Shown here one piece after another: positions 1 to 10,895 of a stretch of DNA of 64,000 bases (its first letter is position 1; the number at the start of each line of letters is the position of its first letter). The notes under the pieces were generated by a model. That model searched no databases. It was given only the letters and a program-made list of their open reading frames with translations, and was not told where the DNA came from. Location of the stretch: NCBI RefSeq assembly GCF_028641065.1, contig NW_026576459.1:1-64000 (forward strand), read 5' to 3'. This stretch comes from Leucoraja erinacea. Taxonomy: Eukaryota. The translations under genes were made by a program, and so were the position numbers.

Positions 1-1014
1 TGAAATCATTAGACAAAGTCAGCATGGATATACGAAAGGTAAATCATGTCTGACGAATCTTGAATTTTTCGAGGATGTAACTAGTAGCGTGGATAGGGGA
101 GAACCAGTGGATGTGGTGTATCTGGACTTCCAGAAGGCTTTCGACAAGGTCCCACATAAGAGATTAGTATACAAACTTACAGCACACGGCATTGGGGGTT
201 CAGTATTGATGTGGGTAGAGAACTGGCTGGCAGACAGGAAGCAAAGAGTAGGAGTAAACGGGTCCTTTTCAGAATGGCAGGCAGTGACTAGTGGGGTACC
301 ACAAGGCTCAGTGCTGGGACTCCAGCTATTTACAATATATATTAATGATTTGGGTGAGGGAATTGAATGCAACATCTCCAAGTTTGCGGATGACACGAAG
401 CTGGGGGGCAGTGTTAGCTGTGAGGAGGATGCTAGGAGACTGCAATGTGACTTGGATAGGTTGGGTGAGTGGGCAAATGCATGGCAGATGCAGTATAATG
501 TGGATAAATGTGAGGTTATCCACTTTGGTGGCAAAAACAGGAAAGCAGACTATTATCTGAATGGTGGCCGATTAGGAAGGGGGGAGATGCAATGAGACCT
601 GGGTGTCATGGTACATCAGTCATTGAAAGTAGGCATGCAGGTGCAGCAGGCAGTGAAGAAAGCAAATGGTAAGTTAGCATTCATAGCAAAAGGATTTGAG
701 TATAGGAGCAGGGAGGTTCTACTGCAGTTGTACAGGGCCTTGGTGAGACCACACCTGGAGTATTGCATACAGTTTTTGGTCTCCTAATCTGGGGGAAAGA
801 CATTATTGCCATAGAGTGAGTACAGATAAGGTTCACCAGACTGATTGCTGGGATGGCAGGACTTTCATATGAAGAAAGACTGGATAGACTTGGCTTGTTC
901 TCGCTAGAATTTATAAGATTGAGGGGGGATCTTATAGAAACTTACAAAATTCTTAGGGGGTTGGACAAGCTAGATGCAAGAAGATTGTTCCCGATGTTGG
1001 GGAAGTCCAGAACA
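1..1014 (+). mobile_element. CR1 LINE, RT/3' fragment (frameshifted)
   Basis: [22 protein letters not shown] and KFADD motifs in ORF 89-595. Confidence 0.95.
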
Positions 1015-1689
1015 ATTGGAATTGATATATCTAATGCATTTTAGATTTCTCGAACGTGTTACTTTTAAAAAAGTAACGTTTCCACAAACATATACCCCTT
1101 TGTTAATGTCATGGTTTGATGATTCTCAATTCAAATCAAAATGAAATATACGTCAAAATGAGAATGCATACTTTCAAAATACTCTGATCCCACCCCCCGT
1201 GCAACACATAATTTGTATAACTTTGCAAAGTCAGGAAATGTTATGATTATTTCTTCTCCCTTTTTACAACTACAAACAAAAAAAAAAGCACTTGAAATTA
1301 TAACACAATTAAAAGTCAAATTGTCTGTACCGTGGAAGGCACTGGCGTCGATCTGGGGGTGGGGTGGGGGGGGGGGGAGATGGGGAATATATCCCACCCA
1401 CTTTTTGAGGTGGGGAATGGCCTGTATTATTATTCCCCAGTTTTTGGAGGACGAGCAATAACAAAAATAATAATCACCTGCTCCTATCTCTCATGAGGGC
1501 TCTGCATTATCTTAAAAATACTTCAAACAAAAACCATTGAAATCATACTTTACAATGCACTAAAACATGATTTTAATACATCAAATTTCATAAAGTCCCA
1601 ACCGTGGGAGGGGGGGCTCCCCCGTCCTACAACCTCCCCCCAATGCTTCAAAATCAAGTGGTCGAGTTTTATTGCCATATATACTCAAG

Positions 1690-1985
1690 AATAGAAATAT
1701 AGAAAATAGGTGCAGGAATAGGCCTTACGCCCTATCGAGCCAGCACTGCCATTCAATATGATCATGGCTATTCATCTAAAATCAGTACCCCTTTCCTGTT
1801 TATTCCCCATATCCCCTGATTTTGCTAGCTGCAACAGCTAAATGTAACTCTCTCTGGAAAACATCCAGTGAATTGGCCTCCACTGCCTTCTGTGGCAGAG
1901 AATTCCACAGATTCACAACTCTCTGGGTGAAGAAAGTTTGTCCTCATCTCTGAACTCCCCCAACATCGGGAACACTTTTCCTGCA
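1690..1985 (-). mobile_element. CR1 3' end fragment
   Basis: Reverse complement of the CR1 tail with ATAGAA-type repeats. Confidence 0.85.
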
Positions 1986-2088
1986 GTTACAGTGTGAAAA
2001 TCCTGCAGACAAGCAGGATGCCTTCTCCATCCATCCCCATTTGAAGGCCACTATATTCCACCGCTTCTACCCAGTGTTTGGTACCTAC

Positions 2089-2235
2089 TTCCAGCAGCCA
2101 CTGGTTGTCCTCCAGGATGAACCGAGCCGCAGCCTGGTCTATGCCGGTCACCAGGGTGAATTGGGCGCAGAGACTCTCACGGCAGCGGCACAATGCCTCA
2201 GACGGCCCGGGACTCTTGCACTGAGACTGCTCCAT
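2089..2235 (-). CDS. TDP2: TDP2-like first coding exon (N-terminal UBA-like domain), copy A
   Basis: Kozak GGCCATGG; 49 codons ending ...RESLCAQFTLVTGIDQAAARFILEDNQWLLE; phase-0 donor GAA|GTAGGT; CpG-rich context. The p47/NSFL1C-type UBA is a less likely alternative. Confidence 0.65.
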
Positions 2236-2493
2236 GGCCGGAGCTGCAGCGAGCGACTCGCCAGCCCGGCAAACACTCGCCAGCCCCGGCTCCCCGTCCG
2301 CATCTGCCCCCCTCCGCTGCTTCTGCTTCCATCCATCCCTCCCTCCCTCATCCTCGGCTCTCCAACACCCACGACCAGGTTGTTCAGAGCACAGCAGCTG
2401 CAGCCCCCGGTTCCGCGGCCCGTGTCCATTTCTCTGGACTCCATCTGCCGTGATTCTCAGTCTGAAAAAGGATCTCGACCCGAAACGTCACTC

Positions 2494-2965
2494 TGTAGCG
2501 GGACCTATTGGCTAAACTGTGTATTAGAGAAATTAGTGTCTGAAGAAGGGTTTCGGCCCGAAACGTTGCCTTTTTCCTTCGCTCCATAGATGTTGCTGCA
2601 CCCGCTGAGTTTCTCCAGCACTTTTGTGTAACCTGTGTATTAGAAAACCGTCGTCAGAGGCCGGGTCTGTCACGTGACAGGGTTGGCGCGCGGGCTTTTG
2701 GCAGTTGGTGATTGACGGTTGGCAGTTGGCGGTTGGTGTTTGACGGTTGACAGTTGACAGTTGACGGTTGGTGATTGACAGTTGACGGTTGGCGGTTGGT
2801 GTTTGAAGGTTGACAGTTGACAGTTGACAGTTGACGGTTGACCAGCTGATGTTCTTCGCGTTAACAAGAGCTCAGAAACGGTTTTCCCTCGACCAGATAC
2901 CCGTGCAGTTTCAATGTTGTTTTTACAATAAAACTATTTGACTCTACCCGTGTGGTCTCGCTACA
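2494..2965 (+). mobile_element. Gypsy-type LTR containing a GAC(A/G)GTT heptamer array and a nested Penelope-type repeat
   Basis: TGTAGCG...CGCTACA termini; AATAAA near 3' end; nested insert 2529-2632 with 12-bp TSD CTGTGTATTAGA. Confidence 0.8.
2540..2567 (+). ncRNA. Minimal hammerhead ribozyme motif in Penelope-type repeat
   Basis: CTGAAGA-A-GGGT(TTCG)GCCC-GAAAC-GTT. Confidence 0.6.
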
Positions 2966-3008
2966 ACCTATTCCTTCTCTCCAACACATGCTGCCTGTCC
3001 CGCTACAT

Positions 3009-3400
3009 TGGTCACCCCGTCGGCCCTAACGTTTACGGACCCGCTGTTATGGACGCAGCCGATGACCTCGACGCCAACCCGGCCCAGCAAAACGTCAAGG
3101 CCTCAAGCATGGATCCTGCAAATCCAGGCCCAGTTTCAGGTCGGACACAGTTACATTGCCGCCGGTTTAACCAGGTATTTCTACATGGATCAAGGAACCT
3201 CTCCTTACCTCTAACAAGCGCCGGCCGAAGACAAGTACGAGGGCCTCCAGGATCCTGCACATGGACGGCCTCGGTGTGAACTGATGAACGAAATGTTGTC
3301 GCTGATGGACGGTGACCGGCCTCGTCTTGTCTTTGACCAGGCGTTCGGCAGCGACCCCCTTCACCGGCCCCCCTGCAAGTCGCCGAGGGAGAGGACGAGC
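3009..3400 (+). mobile_element. Gypsy PBS (tRNA-Trp-like) and decayed gag
   Basis: TGGTCACCCCGTCG vs TGGTGACCCCGACG; peptides RPQAWILQIQAQF and MNEMLSLMDGDRP. Confidence 0.7.
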
Positions 3401-4574
3401 TGTGACAAGACAAGCAGCAACATAGCGACGCTTCCATCAGCCGGGTATCTGCGGCTCCACCATTCATTCCACCGACAACACAACGATGCAACCGGCAGCA
3501 GCGGATACCGGTAAGTGTCTGACAGTCTTGGTCCTCATTCCTACCAAAGATTAGGAATGTTCACCCTGAGGGAGTTTCCGCGACCGCTGGGCACCGAGTG
3601 GGGGTTGAATGTATCCTGGACAAGGATTGTAATATACTTGTTTAGTAGCTGCTTAGCATATTTGTTTGTCTTGTATTATGGTGGTGTTTTGTTTTACTGT
3701 ATTGGAAATACTATTTTCATATTTGAATAAATATTTTTGATTAAAAAAATATTAAAAAAAGATTAGGAATGTTACAACATTTTAAGATTAAACAAACCAA
3801 GCCTGTCATTTATTCCATCATATAAAGTTGAAAAAGGACTTTAATTTGACACCTAATTCACTTTCATATTTTAAGTATTAAAACAGTTATGGCCATTTGC
3901 ATACTGGGAAATTAGCATCTTGTCCCCTATTGCTTTTCCATTCACTTAACACAAAAGCTGTGATCGAGGACAGTCAAAAGCCCATAACTTTATTAAAAAT
4001 TAACAGAACTGTGAAATGTTCAGTTATTATAGATTGAAGCATTCTGGAAACAAGCATCCTTACTTGGATGGCCTGAAATTAAAGTATATAATTAGTTAAT
4101 TACCTAATTAAGTAGCATGATTCGGGAGGGGCTGCTTGTTTTGTGCGGTTTTTCACTTGCGCGCGTTAGTTCAGCGCTGACCACCGTTGTGGGCAGATGT
4201 GTCTGGAGAACCTGTATACTGGATATCGAACTTTTGTATAAAGATCTGTTGAAAACTCCAGTAGTCGTTTCTCAGACCACTAAAAGCTAATTACAAAATT
4301 ACCCGTTGTGACGGAAATAGTAATAAACGCCCAGACTGTCTTGAAAATTGAAAAATGTAATATTCTCAAGATCAGAACTTTAATATTATTGTAACATTAA
4401 AACGAATAGTAAATACCCAACAAAAAATTCATATTCATCAGTCATCAAATCAATTAAATTCATCTAAATTAAATTACTAGATCTAAACATCTATCCCATT
4501 CTTAAGAAAAGGCTACAAATAATTGTCGGAGGATTATTTGTTGTATGTGACGGATGGTAGGGTGGAAGGTGAGG

Positions 4575-5125
4575 ACAAATAATTCTCCGACATTTTCGCC
4601 ACCTCCAACAGGATCCCACCACTGGCCACATCTTCCCATCTCCTCCCCTGTCTGCTTTTCGCAGAGACCGCTCCCTCCCGAACTCCCTGGTCAATTCGTC
4701 CCTTCCCACCCGAACCACCGCCTCTCCTGGCACTTTCCCTTGCAACCGCAGGAAATGCTACACTTATCACTTTACCTCCCCACTTGACTCCATTCAAGGA
4801 CCCAAGCAGTCTTTCCAGGTGAGACAGAGGTTCACCTGCAACTTCCCCAACCTCATCTGTTGCACCCTCTGCTATAGATGTCAGCTGCTCTACATCGGTG
4901 AGACCAAGTGTAGGCTTGGCGATCGCTTTGCCCAATACCTCCACTCGGTTCGCAATAACGAAACCTGATGTCCTGGTGGCTCAGCACTTCAACTCCCCCT
5001 CCCATTCCCAATCCCTGACCTTTGTGTCCTGGGCCTCCTCCATGGCCAGAGTGAGGCCCGCCATAAATTGGAGGAGCAGCACCTCATATTTCGCTTGGGC
5101 AGTTTGCACCCCAGCGGTATGTTCA
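4575..5125 (+). mobile_element. Penelope-like element, GIY-YIG endonuclease remnant
   Basis: Encodes CQLLYIGETKCRLGDRFA. Confidence 0.85.
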
Positions 5126-5127
5126 CC

Positions 5128-5689
5128 TTATCCGCAGGATCCCCATTTATCCTCAATGGAGTGTACGTCCTCGGATGATGTGCCCTCCTAAAGTCCATGA
5201 TCAGCTCCTTCGTTTTTTTGATGTTCAAGAGGAGGCTGTTATCTTGGCACCAGAGTGCCAGACCAGCCACCTCCTCCCGGTAGGCCTTCTCGTCGTTGTC
5301 TGAGATCAGGCCCACCACCATAGTGTCATCAGCAAACTTAATTATTGAGTTGGAGCTGAACCTAGACACACAGTCATGTGTGTACAGGGAGTACAATAGG
5401 AGGCTGAGGACGCAACCCTGGGGCGATCCTGTGCTCAGGGTGAGGGACTTTGATGTATTCCCTCCCATCTTGACTACCTGGGGCCTGGCGGTGAGAAAGT
5501 CCAGGACCCAGGCACACAGGGAGGTGTTGAGCCCCAATTCCATTAGCTTCCCGGCCAGTCTGGTGGGGACTATCGTGTTGAAGGCTGAACTGTAGCCTAT
5601 GAACAGCATCCTCATGTAACCCCCTTTCTGGCTGTCCAGATGGGAGAGAGCGGTGTGCAAGACCTGGGAGACCGCATCGTCTGTGGATC
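5128..5689 (-). mobile_element. Rex1/Babar LINE RT fragment
   Basis: [29 protein letters not shown]. Confidence 0.9.
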
Positions 5690-5977
5690 TGTACATTCCA
5701 GCATCTGATACTTTGACCCTCTTCAGTTTAAGCGAGGCATTTCCATGGGGAAACTCTTCCCGAAAGTGTTCCATCCTCCCTCGATAAGCCTCGTCCTGCA
5801 CCTCAGCTCCGTCCTGGCCGCTGGTGTATAAATGTACCGGTGATCCCGGGCTCGATGTAAACCATCGGACCTCCAGAGCGTCCAGTGATGTATCTGGTAC
5901 CTTCTGACATTCCAATAGGGCATCTTCACCCACCATGGCCACCACCGGATGGTCCGGCACAATCACAGAGAACTCCT
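5690..5977 (-). pseudogene. Truncated butyrophilin IgV exon (paralogue), fused in frame to Rex1 RT
   Basis: About 98% identical to the first 288 nt of the IgV exon at 12423; CAG acceptor; cut before the second Cys. Confidence 0.9.
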
Positions 5978-6496
5978 CTGGAACTTCAGCTTTTTACGTT
6001 GGCGACTTGTGTAACTTTTCGAGGGTAGAGTGGTAGTTAAGCAAAAGCAGGTACATTTCCATTTTACAGTTGCCAATTCTTCCAAAAATCATATTAGAAT
6101 AAAGTCACAATCTCTCTCGCTCGAATGCTCCAAATGGGGGATTTGAACCCACGACCATCTGACCCAGGACTTTGTTAACAGCGACTCTACTGACAATCGG
6201 AACTCATCCCACACATCGACTGAGGCAGTGAAGTAGCACAATATTCACGGGAAGGTGTATGTGATGGTCGCGTAGATGGTGCCATTACCTACCCATGGTC
6301 ACCGCATGAACAAGCAACAGCACAAAGATGCAGCCTGCTCCCTTCATCGTTGAAAGAATCCCTTCCTTGGTTTCACCTGGAAACTGAACATCGAGATAAT
6401 GTTTAAATGGGTAGCACTACCGCACTGAAATTAAGTCCATGAACTAACTCTATGCATTCTATGTTTAATATATTTTTATTAGAAGCATGTATACAA

Positions 6497-6780
6497 ATAG
6501 AAACATAGAAACATAGAAATTAGGTGCAGGAGTAGGCCATTCGGCCCTTCGAGCCTGCACCGCCATTCAATATGATCATGGCTGATCATCCAACTCAGTA
6601 TCCCGTACCTGCCTTCTCTCCATACCCCCTGATCCCCTTAGCCACAAGGGCCACATCTAACTCCCTCTTAAATATAGCCAATGAACTGGCCTCAACTACC
6701 CTCTGTGGCAGAGAGTTCCAGAGATTCACCACTCTCTGTGTGAAAAAAGTTCTTCTCATCTCGGTTTTAAAGGATTTCCC
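6497..6780 (-). mobile_element. CR1 3' end
   Basis: FFTQRVVNLWNSLP; ATAGAAAC tail repeats. Confidence 0.9.
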
Positions 6781-7185
6781 CAACGTAAATATATTGTCAC
6801 AGTAATATAATATAAAAAACGATTCGCCTGTTACAGAAAAGGTTTGTGGGTGAGGTACCGGATGGATTGCTGTTTGAGACAGCCTGCGTTGGGGAACTGG
6901 TTCAGTACCGTCCTGAGTTTCTGGTCAACGTGACTCCTTTCACTGGCTGCTCTAACCTGACATCTGCTCCCATGAAACACGCCTTCCTTTGAGTTTGAAA
7001 CCAGATAAATGTTCCACACTAATACTCTTCGCAAATATGCAACCTCTCAACAGCAAAAACAACACGTCGCACCTTTTCTGGGCAGTGATGGTCCAAAGTC
7101 TGGCTTGTTCCTTTTATTAAAGAGAACTGATAAAGATTCAGGCTGAAATCATAAAGGAATCCAAAGGAGTCCAAAGGGCTTTTAC

Positions 7186-7261
7186 TGTCATTAACAATCA
7201 CAGGACTGTGGGGAGGCAGTGAGACGATGAACAACCAAAGTTGGGAATAAGGTAGGGACAT
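7186..7261 (-). CDS. Possible leader exon of the minus-strand butyrophilin paralogue
   Basis: MSLPYSQLWLFIVSLPPHSPVIVND, 76 nt, phase 1, weak donor GTAAAA. Confidence 0.3.
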
Positions 7262-7404
7262 TTCTATACTTTTAACTTGTTTCCTATAACTGTGGCCATA
7301 CTGACCAATGTGGACATTAGAACCATCTGAAGTTATGTGCAACTCTGTATTAATGCCATTAAACTGTCTCATGGTGTGTCGTTAAAGAATCACCAAAACA
7401 GGAG

Positions 7405-7800
7405 AGTCGACAAAGAAGTCAGTGGATGTTATTTACTTGGATTATCAGAAGGATTTTGATAATGTGCCACACGCGAGGCTGCTAAACAGGATTGGAGCTC
7501 CTAGTATTTGAAGCAAGGTTCCAGCATGGATAGTAGATTGGTTGACGGGCAGATTCAACGAGTGAGAATAAAGGGGGGACATTTCTGGTTGGCTGCTGGT
7601 GAATAGTGGTGTTCCACGGGGGTTGGTGTAGGGGCTTCATGTGTTAATGGTCTGGATGGGAGAATTGGTGACTTTGTGGACAAATTTGCAGACGGGATGA
7701 AAAGAGGTGGAGGGGGCTGTTGTGTAGAGGAAGCATGGAGGCTGCAGAATGACGTGGACAGGTTGGGAGAGTGGGCAAAGAAGTGGAAAATGGAATACAG
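7405..7800 (+). mobile_element. Degenerate CR1 RT fragment
   Basis: DKFADG...LQNDVDRLGEWAKKW. Confidence 0.75.
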
Positions 7801-7956
7801 CGGGTTGTTGTGTTTGACTGAGAGTTCACAGTCTAAAATATCCGTTCCCCGCCACTCCCTGGTACTGATAAGGACAAGCGCAGTGAACTGGGCGGCACGG
7901 TGGCGCAACGGCAAAGCTGCTGCCTTCTTCTTCTTGCGAATGGCATGCACAGCCTA

Positions 7957-8184
7957 ATGTCCCTGTCCCACTTAGGAAACCTGAACGGAAACCTCTGGAG
8001 ACTTTGCGCCCCACCCAAGGTTTCCGTGCGGTTCCCGGGGGGTTTTGTCAGTCACCCTACCTGCTTCCACTACCTGCAACCTCCGGCAACCAACTGCAAC
8101 CTCCGGGAACCGCACGGAAACCTTGAGTGGGGCGCAAAGTCTCCAGAGGTTTCCGTTCAGATCTCCTAAGTGGGACAGGGGCAT
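7957..8184. mobile_element. Palindromic MITE with TA TSD
   Basis: About 85-bp inverted arms ATGTCCCTGTCCCACTTAGG... / ...CCTAAGTGGGACAGGGGCAT. Confidence 0.9.
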
Positions 8185-8241
8185 TAAAGTTGTAGGACAA
8201 CTAGTTCTATTTGATCTTATTTGATTGTGCACGCCGGAGTC

Positions 8242-8294
8242 ATTGCATTGGTCGAAACAGGGCGGACCACGTGAAGATTGCAATCTCCCACCCC
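8242..8294 (-). ncRNA. HDV/CPEB3-like self-cleaving ribozyme (predicted)
   Basis: GGGGTGG GAG ATTGCA ATC TTCACGT GGT CCGCCCT GT TTCGA CCAA TGCAAT folds as P1/P2/P3/L3/J4/2. Confidence 0.8.
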
Positions 8295-9004
8295 AGTTGC
8301 TGCCTCACAGAGACCCGGGTTCGATCCTGACTACGGGTGTTGTTTGTACGAAGTTTGTACGTTCTCCCCGCGACCGCGTGTGGTTTCTCCGAGTGCTCCG
8401 GTATTTTCCCACAATCCAAAGACGTGCAGGTTTGTAGATAATTGGCATCATGAAAATGTGTAAATTCTCCCTAGTCTGCAGGGTCGTGCTGGTGTACACG
8501 GTGATCTCTGGTCGTCGCGGACATGGTGGGCTGAAGGGGCCGTTTCCATGCTGTATCTCGAAAGTACAATCTAAAGTCTCTCCATTGGGCACGTGGTGTA
8601 TGGAAGTAACTGAATTATTTTATTTTCATATTAATGATATTTGGAAACTCTCCAGGAATATTCTTTATGCCCTATAACATCACAGTGTCAAACAATGTAA
8701 AATGCCCCCATTCGCTGTGGAAAGTATTCCCCGGACACTGTGGGAGCAACGTTCATGATTGCAACAACCACTTCAGTCCACGTACAGATCTTGTGTATGA
8801 GAGATATTACATAATCTTGTGTTAGAAAGTTCCCCTACTAGTCCTACTGTTCCCGCCTACATTCTATCTGTGTCCCATCCCCTCCCTCGACATCAGTCTG
8901 AAGAAAGGTCTCGACCATAAACGTCACCTATTCCATCTCTCCATAGATGCTACCTGTCCCGCTGAGTTACTCCAGCATTTTGTGTCTATCTTCCACTGTC
9001 CGAG

Positions 9005-9455
9005 ATCTCTCCTCACCCCCCCCCCCAGCTCTCTCCTCACCCCCCCCCAGCTCTCTCCTCCCCCCCCCCAGCTCTCTCGCCCTCACTCCCCCCCCCAGCT
9101 CTCTCTCACCCCCCCAGCTCTCTTCACCCCCCCCACCCACCCCTCTCCCTCTCCCCCCCCTCCCTCCTCACCTCCCCCCCCCAGCTCTCTCTCCCCCCCC
9201 CCAGCTCTCTCCCCCCTCCCCCCCCCCCCCAGCTCCCCCCCCCCCCCCCCCCCCCCCAGCTCTCCCTCTCCCCCCCCCCCCCCCTCCCCCCCCCCCCCCC
9301 ACCTCCCCCCTCTCCCTCCCCCCCCACCCCCCTCCCCCCCCCCCACCCCCCCCCCCTCCCCCTCCTCCCCCCCCTCCCCCTCCCCCCCCCCTCCCTCCCC
9401 CCCCCCCCCCCCTCCCCAGCTTTTTCTCATACACCCCCCCCCCCCCCCCCCCCTT
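9005..9455. repeat. C-rich low-complexity tract
   Basis: Poly-C and CCCCCCAGCTCTCT units. Confidence 0.95.
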
Positions 9456-9851
9456 GTCTCTCCTCCCCGGCTGTTTCCTGGCAGGAACGGTGAAAATTGG
9501 CTCAATGATCTGCCTTTGCTGAAACAAATTGTAAAGTCCATTTAGGTAAAATATCTTTGCAAACTCCTACCAAAGCTAATAATGCTACCAATGCACATGG
9601 AACAAATCCCAGGTAAAATGTCAGTCCTGGAATTAAGCAGTGCAATTTTGGTGAGTGATATTTCAGTTTGTGTATGTTTTTGCTAATCTCGATAACTGAT
9701 TTATTGTGAATGGATGTACCAGTTAAAATAACAGCAAATTAAATCCTTACTATGAATAATATTCATGTCAATACTCTAGTGATGCTCCTTTTATTCAATG
9801 TTAATCAGCTTTCTCCCTTCAAGTCAAACTGTGCCGTGATTTCATCCCAAG

Positions 9852-9906
9852 ATGAAGGGAAGACACAGGATTGTACTGATCCTACTTCTCCAGACAGCAA
9901 TGATGG
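9852..9906 (+). CDS. Butyrophilin-like gene, signal peptide exon
   Basis: MKGRHRIVLILLLQTAMM+G, phase-1 donor GTAAGC, acceptor at 9823. Confidence 0.7.
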
Positions 9907-10369
9907 GTAAGCTGTGGAATAGTCACTGCAACAGTCAATCGTGCCTTGTTCAGTAGTTTGCACACTCGGTCTAGTCTTGCATGAGTTGAGACTGGGCGGA
10001 AACGGAACAGTCAGCAGCCGCATGGGTCAAGTCGGACATGGTGGATTCAAAGCCCTTGCTGAGCCATGAGCACAGCTTTAGGCTGATGATGCTGCTCTGT
10101 TTTAGCTACTGTCTTTAGTTGTGATGAAACTGTTGACCAGAAGAGCATGTCCCCTGAAGAGGAACGTGTTCGGCTGCCTGAATATTGTTTGTCCTTCAGC
10201 AGTGTCACTGAAAGCAAATATCTTGTCGATATCACGTTGCTGCCTGTGTGAGCTTGTACATTTGGCTTCCTGCATCACAACCGTGATGACACTTCCCTTG
10301 GCACCAAATGTCTACTGACGCCTGTTGGGATGTGCTCAGGTTGGCAAATACTCTTCCATTTCTATATTC

Positions 10370-10895
10370 TTACCTGGATAGGTCAGGTGTGGTATATGGA
10401 TAGGCCAGGTGTGTTACATACATAGAGCATACAGAGCAGGTGTGTTACATGGATAGGACAGGTGTGTTACATGGAGGGCAGGTGTGTTACATGGATAGGA
10501 CAGGTGTGTTACATGGATAGGACAGGTGTGTTACATGGATAGGACAGGTGTGTGTTACATATAGGACAGGTGTGTTACATTGATAGGACAGGTGTGTTAC
10601 ATGGATAGGACAGGTGTGTTACATGGATGCGACAGGTGTGGTACATGGATTGGACAGGTGTGTTACATGGATAGGACAGGTGTGTTACATGGATAGGACA
10701 GGTGTGTTACATGGGTAGGACAGGTGTGTTACATGGATAGGACAGGTGTGGTACATGGATAGGACAGGTGTGTTACATGGATAGGACAGGTGTGTTACAT
10801 GGATAGGACAGGTGTGTTACATGGATAGGATAGGTGTGTGGTAGGACAGGTGTGTTACATGGATAGGACAGGTGTGGTACATGGATTGGACAGGT
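10370..10895 (+). repeat. 22-bp minisatellite GGATAGGACAGGTGTGTTACAT, running into a CR1 tail (to ~11020)
   Basis: More than 20 tandem units. Confidence 0.95.

Larger units (their letters stand above)
1..4131 (+). repeat. Segmental duplication, copy A (matches 42676-47208)
   Basis: Near-identical sequence including the unique exon and LTR; homology ends at TTCGGGAGGGG. Confidence 0.95.
7926..8294 (-). mobile_element. Short non-autonomous retroposon with HDV-like ribozyme head and (GAA)n tail
   Basis: TSD AG(C/T)TGCTGCCT at 7915-7925 and 8295-8305. Confidence 0.8.
7890..8575 (+). mobile_element. tRNA-derived V-SINE (HE1-like), split by a nested insertion
   Basis: Head GGCGGCACGGTGGCGCA, B box GGTTCGATCC, V-domain-like core. 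Confidence 0.8.

Noticed and set aside
2041-2589. 182-aa + strand ORF (duplicated at 45133)
   Set aside because: Antisense shadow of a GC-rich exon running into repeats
8947-9545. Poly-Pro and poly-Gly ORFs
   Set aside because: Translation of a C-rich low-complexity tract
10370-10895. Regular arrays (also 15809, 31085, 33110, 38815) as CRISPR
   Set aside because: Head-to-tail units without unique spacers, no cas genes, eukaryotic DNA
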